Numbered from the stretch's first letter, positions 13,377-25,381 are shown. The stretch is 64,000 nt of DNA from Eledone cirrhosa (GCA_964016885.1 OZ024741.1:35712001-35776000); one strand, 5' to 3'. Numbers and translations are program-made. Notes: a model not told the origin generated them from the letters alone.

Positions 13377-15262
13377 AGGCTTCAACCTCGCCATACAGGT
13401 TGAGGCCAACCTCTCGGTCGTTAATTACCTCAACGTTACCCTCAATTTGTCGAATGGCTTGCACTACCCGTATAGAAAACCGAATGATACGCTTAATTAC
13501 ATAAGTAAGCATTCCAACCATCCCGCCAGCATAACCAAGAACCTGGTAAGAAACGTTTCTTTGATGCTTTCCCGTCTATCTACAAACGAGCATATTTTCA
13601 CCGACCATTCCACATATTAAATGAAGCTCTTGCTCGGAGTGGATTTGTCGATAAGGTAGCATGTACAGAGTATGAGAATAGACCTAGGCAAAATAGATCC
13701 CGACGCATTATATGGTATAACCCACCATATAATATGGAGGTGGCCACACCATTAGCTAAGATCTTTCTCTCCCTTATTATAAAGCATTTCCCCCCAGCAC
13801 CTAAATATAGTAACATTTTTAATAGAAATACCATTAAAATTTCTTACTCTACGACTCCTAACCTTGCACATAACATCACAGCTTCAAATTTAGCTAAATT
13901 ACCTAGCCGTAGGAACACGTGCAACCCTGTAGCTAGTACTAACTGTAATTGTGGGAATCGGGTTGACTGCCCCCTATCCGGGAAATGCCTCTCTAGTAAC
14001 ATTGTCTACAAATGTAAGGTTGAAACACCCACGTCCGTAGGGCCTACATAGGGTTAACTGCCAATAGATTCAAGCAGCATCTTTACATGCATACCCATTC
14101 TTTTCTTAACCCTTTAAGAAGGAATATGACGTCACTTTCAGCTTATATCTGGAGTCTAAAAGACAACCACACCCAATATAAGTTACACTGGGAGATCCTA
14201 GCTAAGGCTAGATCGTATAATGGAAATAAAAGACCATATGACCTCTGCGCCGCTGAAGCCCTGGAAATACTCTACGCCAAAGACCACATCTTAAACAAAA
14301 AATCTGAGGCAATTTTGGCTTAAATAAATTGCACAAAACTTTCCTGTATTACAGCCCCACATTATACCCTAATGGATAGTACGAACTATACGCGGATATT
14401 TTACGTCTTGATGTGGTAGCTAAGTATATGTTATGTTTATACCATTACTTATTTGTATAGGTAAGTATATATTACCTGAATGTTTTGTGAAGGTACATAT
14501 ACTTTCTCATACGCATATTTACTTGTATATGTTATAGGCGTATATATTATATTATATATACTGGTACATGTGCATATGGTTATGTGTAAACGTGAGTTTT
14601 GCGTCTGTGTGAGTATGCGGGTTCGTACATATGTAGGGTGTGTGTATATGTGTACTTTGTGTTTTGGTTGTCGTACGTTTAGTGAACATATGTGTATTTA
14701 CATGTAGGTATGTGTGTGCGCATGTTATATACATATTTGTGTGTATATTTATATACGTTTATATAATTATATGTATACACGCACACACATATATATATAT
14801 TTTTTTTTTATATATATTTTTATGTGTATTTGGTGTTTACGTTCGTATGTGTGCGGGTACAGGCGTTGCGTGGGTTCTGTATTATGCGCGCGGGTTTTTT
14901 TGGGGTTTTTTTTTTTGTGTACGTGCTTGTATTTGCATACCCATAGCGGGTGTTTTCGCGTATGCATGTGTATGCACGTATATGTACACGTGCATCTATA
15001 TATTTAATTTTTGTTGATTTCAATTACCTCTGTAATTTATTTACATTATTCTTAACTCTGAAGCCGAGAATCATTCGGTGTCCTAAATAGAATTTTAGTC
15101 TACATTATCAGTCTGGTTTCTTGGGTATGTCAATATTTATGAAACAAATTTTGTATTTTATCTGATGAGAGCATACCAAAATTTTGGTACCTTTCAAATA
15201 TATATGATAAAATAAATATGGTTTTATAAATATGGCGACTGTTAGCAGTTGCTGCTTCTTGC
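13377..15262 (+). mobile_element. Penelope-like element 1 (Hydra-type, C-terminal GIY-YIG), 5'-truncated and frameshifted
   Basis: RT end VNYLNVTLNL..PYRKPND..SNHP; linker WYNPPY..KHFP..KISYSTTPNL; CNCGNRVDCPLSGKC (CxCx5C); nuclease IVYKC...YIG...TSLSAYIWSLK. Flanked by (TA)n at both ends. Confidence 0.9.
15154..15214 (+). ncRNA. Degenerate type-I hammerhead ribozyme motif in the PLE 3' region
   Basis: Stem I TATTTTAT/ATAAAATA (8 bp perfect), core CTGATGA, stem II around palindrome TACCAAAATTTTGGTA, (G)AAA missing G12, palindromic stem III ATATATAT. Position 17 is G. Confidence 0.6.
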
Positions 15263-15272
15263 ATATATATAT

Positions 15273-15449
15273 ATCATCATCATCATCGTTTAACGTCCAT
15301 CCTCCATGCTAGCATGGGTTAGACAGTTTTGTTCTATTTGATGCGGGAATGGTCGGGAGACCATGCCTCGCTCACACGGAAGCATCTTTGACAGGTTTTT
15401 TACAGCTGGATACCCTTCCTAACACCAACCACATTTACAGTGTGGACTT
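15273..15449 (-). mobile_element. Short RTE-3'-tail element
   Basis: Reverse complement of the LINE tail GGTTGGTGTTAGGAAGGG..CCAGCTGT...GGACGTTAAACGATGATGATG. Confidence 0.75.
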
Positions 15450-15753
15450 ATATATATATACATACACATATATACATACAATCTAGCATGAAAAATGGAC
15501 GTTAAACAATGATGAAGGGAAAATGTCCATCTCTTGTTTGTGTCCCTTTAATTTCTAACACTCGTCAGTAACCACACAGCCTCATCCCTCTCAATCCATA
15601 TATATATATATATAAAGCAAAGAAAATTTCAGTGATACGAAAGATTTCCTAGTGGAAGTTCAGGTATACTCCGGATTGGTATCCAGTTTCGGGGTGAAAA
15701 TCCAATTTGAAAGTCCAATGAATTTGAGAGGTCTGCGTAAGCGTTAATATATA

Positions 15754-15847
15754 TATGTAAAAGGTAAACAAAAATAACAACACAAAGGAATATATCCTTC
15801 CATATACTGACCTGATTGTGTTGTTATTTTTGTTTACCTTTTACATA
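15754..15847. repeat. Perfect 32-bp inverted repeat with 30-nt spacer
   Basis: TATGTAAAAGGTAAACAAAAATAACAACACAA (15754-15785) and its exact reverse complement (15816-15847). Confidence 0.95.
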
Positions 15848-16112
15848 CTTCATCATCATTTTACGTCCCCTTTTTCCTGCTTGCAATGGTGGGACGGGTC
15901 CTATTCAGCACAGCATCTCCCCACTTGTCACGGTCCTTCGTCATTTCCTCCGTGAGCTTCAGTGATCTGAGGTTTGCTCTCACCACCTCTGCCCATGTTT
16001 TTCGTGGTCTTCCTCTACTGCATCTTCCTTCTACTGGGATTTCTTGGTATGGCAGATGGACATTAAATGAAAATGATGATGATTATATATATATATATAT
16101 ATCATCATCATC

Positions 16113-19009
16113 AGACTAATCATTAAACTAATATGCCCCTCTACATCTGATATAGGTAAGATTAGTAAAGTGATCCTCGACAGAGTACTACTGGAGCTTA
16201 ATAGAAAGGCTAAGGTCTGCCTCTGGGGCAACACTGACCAGGTCATAAATTGGTTCACCGAGTTGCCGGATAAAGCAACCCTGAAGTTCATCCAGTTTGA
16301 CATAGATAGTTACTACACCTCTATCTCCCCCATACTCTTAAATAAGGCACTCATCTTAGCCTCACTAAAAAAGAAATATACATAGTTCTAGTGGCGCGTA
16401 GAACTATTATCCAGTTCGAAGGCTCCCACTGGACCAGAACCAACCGTCCTGATAACTTCGATGTCATGATGGGGTCCTGTGACTCAGCGCAAGCAACTGA
16501 CCTGGTTGGGATATACCTCCTACATAAGCTTAGGGACGAGATACCGGCCCTACAAGGAGGTGTATATAGGGACGATGCCCTGTTTACCGTTAGGAACCAT
16601 ATCCCCCGTAGGATAGAGATCTTTAACAAACATATACACAGGTTCTTCAAGTCATACGGCCTATCCGTAACTATGGACCTCAACAACAAGGTTGTCAACT
16701 TCCTGGACGTGACTCTGGAGTTGAGTACGGGCTTATACAAGCCATACCATAAGCCTGGAGAGTGCCTCTCTTATATTAATTATGCCTCCAACCACCCTAA
16801 GCAGACTCTCAACTCCATAGTCACATAGAATCTCGAGGCTATCCGCTAATGAGGATATCTTCAACCAAGCGGCAGATTACTACAATAGGGCCCTGATAAG
16901 CGCCAGCTTTAACCGAGGAATTTCCTACATCCCTAACGCTAGCTCTAGAAACGACCCCCCTCATAAAACGAACGTTATAGTAAGCCATACCTATAACCGA
17001 TCACGCGGCAACCTTGTTGAAGTTCGATATAATAGAATAGATAATCGCACTAAAGATCACGACCCCGGCGACAGTGACCACTGTAGATTACTCGAACTAT
17101 TCCCCTATTACAAAACCAACAAAGGCGACGGCCTACTACCAATGCCTTCCAACCAACATCTTCCTGTACATAAACATGGAAGAGGGAAGAAGAGTGCACC
17201 CGAGCATAAAGTGAAAGGGGCACCTAACGGGCTATGGTGCATTAACACACATAAGAGCGGTCACCTAGATGGAACCACCCGTAGCAAACGTACAAGGACA
17301 CGTAATCGCCACCGTAACGTCCTATGGTTCCACCTCCCCTACTCTCGGAGTGTGGCCTCCAACATACCCCGGATATTCTTCGAAGCCTTAGAGAAGAACT
17401 TCCCACCCAACCATAAGTATAGAAAAATTCTTAATAGGAACAATATAAAAATATCCTTCTCTACTATTCCTAACCTAGCAGACATCATAGGAACAACGAA
17501 CCACAGTAAGATCACCAAGACACAGCACCTCGACACAGACGCACCTACACCTGACAATAACTATATCGGCCTTGACAACTCCCTAGCAGCATCCAATAGT
17601 GCTGGCAACGGCCTCTGCAGACGCAACCAGCATAACCGCTAAATGACTGGGGAATATGCAGGACATGACGTGTGGAATAACAATCGCACCACCCCGCGTG
17701 CTGTGGGTTGTAATGGTGCTAACGACAGCTGCGGGAGCGTAGGTAACAACGTAGGCAGCAACAATTATAGCCTTACCTTGGGAAATAGATGGAACCGCGA
17801 CAGAAATTGTAATTGCCGCGATAGAGGACGCTGCCCTCTTAGAGGATACTGCTTGACTGATAGGGTTATATATAGATGCACTGTAACTAGCCACAATAGC
17901 GTTAAACATTATATAGGGGCTACCTCCGGCCCGTTCAAAATTAGGTTTCGAACACATCTCCACTCTTTCACAAATAAAAAACTAAGACACTCCACTTCGC
18001 TCGCAGACTACATCACATCACTAAAGGACTTAAACATCAGCTTCTCCATGCACTGGGATATTGTCGGCAGGGCTGCACCGTACAACTTCAAGAGGAAATG
18101 CGATCTTTGCCTCATGGAGCTCTACCACATCATAACTGCACCCCACGAGCTCATCAACAGCAGAGCTGAAACAGCGATAAGTTGTACACATTGCTTAAAA
18201 ATATCCTTCTTCAGATGGGTTAAGGATGAGGAGTGAAACCGTACACCGGATCTCCCTGCAACAAATCTTAACACCCCGGCGGGCAGGCACTGCAAAATAA
18301 CACCCAGGAAACTAACCTTGCATACCAGATCCAGCCTCAAACGACTCAGACAAACAGATGCGGTAAACAAACGTCTCAAAATAAGCGTTGGTTACATGAC
18401 CCCGTGCGTATCGACAATGGTAATCTCATCTTGTAGCGGATAAAAATTTGTCCGGGAAAGACTGCCCTAACACTGGCCATAGTTACCTCCCTTGACCTGC
18501 TGCAAAATCAAAACAAGCTATTTTTGCAAGCAATGAACCTTGACGTGAATTTAACCCCAAAAACTCTTTCCGAGTAATGTAAGGAACACTTTTGGTTATT
18601 TATGCCCTTGAGAAGCCCAACTGGGCGAAACGTACGTAGGTGCTGTTTTAAATAAACATGTTTTAACGGTCTATTCTCCGATTTCTTACTTTCCCACGTG
18701 CTTACGCTCTGCTAACTCTCTAGCCCACTAAATATTAACACTTCGAATATTTAATACTGCCGGCACTAGTATCAAGCACCTTTGGCATATGCTACTTGGC
18801 AAATAACTATATGTATCACCTATCCTCCCCTTTTTTTTTTCTCTCTCTCGATACGTAAATACTGTATATATAACGAAGGAAATGTGGTAAGGAACCAGAT
18901 GGACCATAATGCACCAAAGTACTCAATACTTAGGGTAGTAGAGTGGGTAATAGGAACGAGTAGGACCCCGACGGCTGAGCTCAAGCCGTTTCGACGGCTA
19001 ATTCTGGAC
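16113..19009 (+). mobile_element. Penelope-like element 2 (Hydra-type), disrupted RT-GIY-YIG ORF plus 3' pseudo-LTR region
   Basis: RT motifs FIQFDIDSYYTSI, FDVMMGSCDSA, GVYRDD, VNFLDVTL; linker WFHLPYS..KNFP; CNCRDRGRCPLRGYC; nuclease VIYRC..HYIGAT..FKIRF..H; CDLCLME. Bounded by (TA)n tracts. Confidence 0.93.
18604..18643 (+). ncRNA. Minimal type-I hammerhead ribozyme, U3-A8 core variant
   Basis: GCCC-TTGAGAA-GCCC(AACT)GGGC-GAAA-CGTACG-T-A-GGTGC: core with C3U/G8A covariation, 4-bp stem II, palindromic stem III ACGTACGT, GUA cleavage triplet. Confidence 0.78.
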
Positions 19010-19158
19010 ATATATATATATATATATATATATATCGGGAATTTTACCCACCCTAGATATATATATAATGTATGCATGTATATTTATGTGTTTATGTATA
19101 TATAAGTTGCTTATACCACGGTTGTGATTTTACATCTTTCTCTCTCTCTATTACTTAC

Positions 19159-19254
19159 CATCTGGGCCACCATAAAACAATGTTGAAAATTATGGAACGG
19201 TACATCGAAGTAATGCAGGTAGACTTCACACAGCCAGTTTTGTAGGACAGTCAA
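19159..19254 (-). CDS. PDE9A: PDE9-like phosphodiesterase exon (start of the PDEase catalytic domain)
   Basis: ttttcag|LTVLQNWLCEVYLHYFDVPFHNFQHCFMVAQM|gtaagt; 96 bp, phase 0/0. Matches the PDE9 motif PFHNFRHCFCVAQM. Confidence 0.93.
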
Positions 19255-19270
19255 CTGAAAATAAAAGGAG

Positions 19271-19525
19271 TGATTAGCCATCATCATCACCACCACTACT
19301 TCCAATGTCATTATCACAACCACTACCACACACAACCTTCACCACCACTACTACTTACCCCCCACCCCCCACTGGCAACCATCACTACCATCACAACTAC
19401 CACCACTACTTCCAATGTCATTATCACTACCATCACCACCTCTACTTACATCCCACCCCCCACCAACCATCACCATCATCACCACTACCACCACAACTTC
19501 CAATGTCACCATCACAACAACCATA
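19271..19525. repeat. Compound (CAC/CAT/TAC)n repeat
   Basis: Trinucleotide runs with a repeated ACTTCCAATGTCA block. Confidence 0.85.
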
Positions 19526-19914
19526 AAAGGAGAGATGTGGTGGAGAGGGTTATGTCACTAGATGGGTGTGTTATAAGGGCCCGGGGGGGGGGACAGGTGG
19601 TATGTCACTATTTGGGTGTGACTTGTGGGTTGGGGAAGGAATGGGGGGGGGGTATGTCACTTGTGGAAGGGGGGGTACTTTGCTATGTGGATGTGACATG
19701 TTAGTTGGGGAAGGAATGGGAGGGGTAGGTATGTCACCTATGGTGGAGGGGGGAGTATGGGGTGTGCGTGTGTGTGTGTGGGGGGGGGGGGGGGGTACTT
19801 CGCTAGCTGGTGATTTCAATTCATAGGAAAGAAAGGCTGCTGCTTTCCACTGCAACCATTGGCTAGCATGGCCATCAATGGCTATCATTTAAATATAAAT
19901 AAATAAACAAATAA

Positions 19915-20297
19915 TAATGATTTCTACTATAGGCACAAGGCCAGCAATTTGGGGGAAGGGGAAAGTTGATTAAATCGAGTGCATTACTGGTGCTTTATTT
20001 TATCAACACCGTAAGGATGAAAGGCAAAGCTAATCCCAGTGGGATTTGAACTCTGAACATAAAGGGCCGTAATTCTATGCTGTGAAGCAAGTTGTCCGAC
20101 ACTCTATCAAAATTGCAAATCCACCGCCCTAAATAAATAAATAATAATAATAATAATAGTTTCAGATTCAGGCACAAGGCCAGCAAATTTAGAGGAGGAA
20201 AAAGTTGATTAAATCAACCCCAATGTGTTGCTGGTACTTTATTTTATCAACCTTTTAAGGATGAAAGGCAAAGCTAACCTCGGAGGGATTTGAACTT
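19915..20297 (-). mobile_element. Two tandem family-A SINEs
   Basis: Same sequence as 11511-11730. The second copy is head-truncated. Confidence 0.8.
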
Positions 20298-20481
20298 TTT
20301 CTATCTTTTTCTCACATGAGAGGAAAGCTCAACTTCAAGATTACATAACTCTTTGTCAGCTTTCAGGTACTTTATCAACCTTGACAAAACACTTCTTCCT
20401 ACTACTTTCTTATTTTTGTTTGTTTTTAATAGATTTTATTTAAATAACATCAGTAATGTAATTAAATCAAGTTATTAATGT

Positions 20482-20760
20482 CTGGCGGTGTGTGGCCTAG
20501 TGTTTAGTGTGTTGGGCTCGTGATCATAAGGTTGCTGGTTCAATTTCCAGACTGAGTGATGCATTGTCTCCTGAAGCAAGGTACTTCATTTCATGTTGCT
20601 CCAGTTCACCGAACTGGAAAACAATACCACCACCAGCAGCAGCAGAAAAGCTGGGGGTTAGCACTGTAATAGATTGGTACTCACACAAAGTGGGGAGGTT
20701 TGTACTCACAGTCACTTAACACCCATAAAACAGGATAAGCTCTGGGCTTTCCTCAACACC
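20482..20760 (+). mobile_element. Family-B SINE with tail type 2
   Basis: TGGCCTAGTG..GGTTCAATT head; tail AGCTGGGGGTTA.CACTG..AT.GA.TGG, also seen at 34748-34995. Confidence 0.65.
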
Positions 20761-20949
20761 TCGAAACATTGGAAAATGAACATAAAACAATAACTCACAA
20801 TTCACTATTGTAGTCTAGGTATATATTATTGTGGTAGCGAAGGTGGCCTGTGTATTTACAATACATAAACATATATATATATATATATACACACATATAA
20901 AGAGAAAAAGTTAGAATTGAAAACTAAAATCAATGAAAGCTGTATTTAC

Positions 20950-21091
20950 CGAGATGCCAAATTTAGAAAGAAGATTCAACTCAAGGAACATGGATTGTAA
21001 CATCAGTAACATTTCAGCTTCATCCCACTGCCAGTTATCGAAGGAAGGGTCTTTGAGATAACTAGTGATGTTTGAGCTAAACTGGGATTGT
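20950..21091 (-). CDS. PDE9A: PDE9-like phosphodiesterase exon
   Basis: tttttcag|A-QSQFSSNITSYLKDPSFDNWQWDEAEMLLMLQSMFLELNLLSKFGIS|gtaaat; 142 bp, phase 2/0. Resembles PDE9 [24 protein letters not shown] and is in frame with both neighbouring exons. Confidence 0.92.
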
Positions 21092-21477
21092 CTGAAAAAA
21101 AGAGAACTTTGCTTGTCACAATCTATTTCAAGCTTAATCAAAGGAAAATAAATGTCTTAAAACATACGAGAAAAATATAAAACTAAACAAAATTGTAGTC
21201 TAAATTTCAAGATAAACCATGTTTCCCTAGGTCTTTCCATGGCTGATACTCTCCACCAGTCACAACTCCTGGCTAAAGTATCACCCATTTTTCCAATGAC
21301 AGGAGACAAGATTTGAACTCAGAATGCACGGAGCTAAATCCTTTGCTATATCAGAGGCTAGTCTGCTGGCACCATGACAAATTTAATCATACACATCACG
21401 GAATGTCCTTTCTGGTACTGATCTTTGCAGTTATCTCTTATGACATACAAGGATCAACTATATCTATTCTAATATGT

Positions 21478-24098
21478 AGCTTAGTTGTCAGCGACCTCAC
21501 GGTCAGAACTAGACGAACCTGGAAACAGAGGCCAACCTGGAGAAGAAAGATCTGGAAGCTGAAAGACCCCTCAGCCAGTAACAGATTTAAAGATATTTTA
21601 CTCAACGCCTACAACAGTAGAGAAGAACAGATATAGACATTTAATGTAGAAGAACACTGGGAGTTCCTAAAAATTAACTTACTAGAGGCAACAGATGAGG
21701 TCTGTGGCTGGAGTAAGACCACAAGCAGGAGGAGAGAGACTTGGTGGTGGAACAATAAGGTAGATGAGGCAGTTAAGGCCAAGAAACAGGCATGGAAAGA
21801 ATGGAAGAACAGGGGAGCAGGGTACATTACATAGAGACCAAGAGGGAAGCTAGGCGACAAGTATACTTAGCTAGGAGGGAAGCAGAGGATAGAAAATTCA
21901 AGCATGTTTTGCAACATGAGGACCAGAAACAGGAGGTGTTCAGGATTGTGAGGCAGTGTGTCAGAGAGAATTGTGATGTCATTGGAGAGAAGTGTATCCG
22001 GAATGATAAAGGTGAGCTTGCCCTCACAAGTGCTGAGAAGAAAAGATGCATGGAAGAGTCATTATGATAGATTACTAAATAAGGAGAATGCATGGGAAGA
22101 AGAGATCCTACCCCAAATAGACCCAATAGAGGGGCCAGCAGTATAAGTCAGCAGCAGCGTAGTAAGTAAGGCAATCAAAGATATGAAGATGGGGAAAAGG
22201 CAACCGGTCCATCGGGTATAGCTGCCGAGATGCTGAAGGCATCTGGGTCTGTAGGTCACACTATAACCACACGTATTGTTAACCGGGTAATACTAGGTGT
22301 CATACCAAAAGATTGGTGCAGTAGCATCATTGTCAACTGCTACAAAAGTAAAGGTGATGCACTCGATAGAGGAAACTATAGAGGTATAAAGCTGATGGAC
22401 CAGGTCATGAAAGTAACAGAAAGAGTTATAGCACAGTTGATTAGGGACCGGGTGAAACTAGATGAGATGCAATTTGGGTTTGTACCAGAAAGAGGCACCA
22501 CTGATGCCCTCTTCCTTGTGAGGCAATTACAGCAAAAGTACCTAGCTAAAAGTAAGCCACTCTACCTGGCATTCGTTGATCTCAAGAAAGCCTTTGACAG
22601 AGTTCCACGTGCTGTAATCTGGTGGGCTCTTAGAAAACTAGGAGTAGATGAATGGCTTGTGAAAGCTGTACAAGCCATGTATAGGGGAGCAGTCAGCAAA
22701 GTTAGTATTAGCAATGAGTAATAGCGAGGAATTTAGCGTACAGGTTGGTGTCCACCAGGGCTCTGTTCTTAGCCCTCTCCTGTTCATCATAGTCCTGCAG
22801 GCAATAACGGAGGAGTTTAAGACCGAATGCCCATGAGAACTCCTGTATGCTGATGACCTCGCACTTATAGCTGAATCTATGGTAGAACTAGAGAAGAAAT
22901 TCCAAACTTGGAAGCAGGGACTAGAAAGAAAGGGTCTCAAAGTCAACATGACAAAGACTAAGGTCCTTGTAAGTAGACGAGAAAACAGAACCCCTCAGGG
23001 AAATGGCCTTTCTCAGTATATAGGAAAGGTGTAGGTAGGAACTCCATTCTCTGCCCCAAATGCAAACAATGGGTACACAAGAGATGTAGCGGGATCTCAG
23101 GAAGCTTAATTAAGAATGTAGGCTTCACATGCAGCAGCTGTACTGGTACAGCAAGCAGCAAAGAGCCACAGGAAACAAGTACCACCAATCTCTGGGAGGG
23201 CTCTGTAGAGACAGTACACAGCTTCTGCTACCTAGGTGACCGAATTAGCAGCGGAGGTGGGTGTTCAGAAAGTACAATAACTAGGGTAAGAACGGGATGG
23301 AAGAAGTTCAGGGAACTACTGCCACTGCTAGCTGCAAAAGGCTTCTCCTCAAAATGAAAGGCAGACTGTATGATGTGTGTATCCGAACAGCAATGTTACA
23401 TGGTAGTGAGACCTGGGCGCTGAAGGTGGAAGACTTACGTAGATTAGAGAGAAACGAAGCCTGCATGCTCCGATGGATGTGTAATAGTAATATACGCGAC
23501 CGACAAAGCATAAATGAATTGAGAAAGAGACTGAGAATAAGAGGAATCATATGCTGTGTGCAGGAGAGGCTGTTGCATTGGTATGGACATGTGATGCGTA
23601 TGAAGGATGACAGCTGCATAAAAAGGTGCAGAGCACTAGAAGTCGATGGAAACCGCCGAGTGGGGAGACCCAAGATGACCTAGTAGTAGGTGATAAAAGC
23701 CGACCTTACCCAATTACACCTCTCCAAGGCGATGACACATGACCGTGACCTCTGGCGTCACGCAGTAATACAGAGTACCCGACCTCCCATGGGTACAAGC
23801 TGAAGCATATAGACAATATGCCCCCACACCCTCCCACTGCAAGGTGGTTGTGGAGGCGCCACGGCAAAAAAGCACCCAGCCCACACTGTAAAGTGGACGT
23901 GTAGGCGCCACGAAAAAGCACCCAGCACTCACTGTATATGAGGTTGGTGTTAGGAAGGGCATCCAGCTGTAGAAATAAAGCCAAAGTTCCTGTATGAGCA
24001 AGGCATGGTCAGCCGACCAGACACTGCCCACAACAGGACACCCCGTCTAACCCATGCTAGCGTGGAAGAACGGACGTAAAACGGTGATGATGATGATG
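21478..24098 (+). mobile_element. RTE-clade LINE, 5'-truncated and decayed, with RT, Cys-rich insert and (GAT)n tail
   Basis: NYRGIKL, QFGF, FVDLKKAFDRV, GVHQGSVLSP, LLYADDL, CPKCKQWVHKRC, LHGSETW. 3' UTR with ~40-bp subrepeats and GATGATG tail. Multiple stops and frameshifts. Confidence 0.95.
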
Positions 24099-24959
24099 TA
24101 AAAATTAAACAGAAATAATAAAGCAAAAAAACAGTACAATGAAGAACTATATTAGTTTAATGCTTGAAATGATAGGAAAAGAGTTTTCAAGTTTCAGACT
24201 CAAGTCCTTCATCAAAAGATAAAATGAGAAAGAAAAGATGAAATAGAAAGATAGAGAGTGAGAAGAAGAAGGAACAACAAAAAAAAAAAAAAAAATTAAA
24301 ACTTGCAAAATAAATATGAAAACGAAATCTAAAATAAACATTGGTCAAAATATATGAAAAAGTCACTGCAAGTAAGAAGTGTCAAGTGCAGCAACCAAAA
24401 TTACATTTCAAAAATAGTATTTGTCAAGACATGTTCAGTTTCTAATAATAGCAATATCCTGAAATTTCCATGATTGGAAATCTAAATTCATTTTTTTTGT
24501 CTTTTGATGTATTTTAAAATCAGTTTTTACTTCCTTTTCTCAATTTCAACATTTTTTTTTTCAATCTATTAATTATAAACAAAATCTTTGAGTACATGGA
24601 GGTTATGAAAAGATTCAATAGATCCTCCTAGATGCTTTACAGCTTCCCTTGCTTCCCATTTTTTGTTTATCTTTTTTTTATGCTTATTTTGCTTCTAGTT
24701 GACTTTCCCAAATTGAATTTGAATTTTTTATTTTAATATAATTTTATCTATTTTATTTTTATAGTCACTTATCTCTGTATATCTTTTTTTTTTTGCTTCT
24801 TGGCTGTAAGAAGTACTAGATACTTTCCCATGTCTGTCACAGCTTACTAGCTCTATACAGACATTTTAATTAATTAATTAAATAAATAAATAAATAAATA
24901 GGAATTTTTTGATAGTTTAAATTGAGATGAATTGAAACATGAAACAAAAAAAACACAAA

Positions 24960-25322
24960 ATCATCATCATCATTTTACATCCACTTTTCCCTGCTGGCAA
25001 GGGTGGGACAGGAACTGATTCTGGTTTGATTTCTACAGCTGGATGCCCTTCCTAACACCAACCTCATTTACAGTGAGTGCTGGGTGCTTTTTTTCCGTGG
25101 TGCCTACATGTCCACTTTACAATATGGACTGGGTGCTTTTTTTTGCCGTGGCACCTCCACGACCACTTTGCAGTAGAATGATAGCGACCCCAGTCCTATC
25201 ATCTCATTTCTACAGCTGAGTAAACTGGGGCAATGTGAAATAAAGTGTCTTGCTCAAGGAAACAACATATCACCCGGTCTGAGAATTGAACTCACAACCT
25301 TTCGATTGCAAGCCATGCGCCT
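24960..25322 (-). mobile_element. Family-B SINE with RTE-derived tail
   Basis: Reverse-complement sister of 54468-54848. Confidence 0.85.
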
Positions 25323-25381
25323 AAAATCTAAATTCAAACATTTTCTAAAAATCAAACTATTCATTATTATATTTCTAATAA

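Noticed and set aside
14480-15023. Cluster of overlapping C/V/Y/I-rich ORFs
   Set aside because: Products of (GT)/(AT)-rich low-complexity sequence in the PLE 3' region.
13377-19009. Selenoprotein-encoding Naiad-type PLEs
   Set aside because: The nuclease is C-terminal, and the disruptions are frameshifts or TAA/TAG stops rather than TGA at conserved cysteines.
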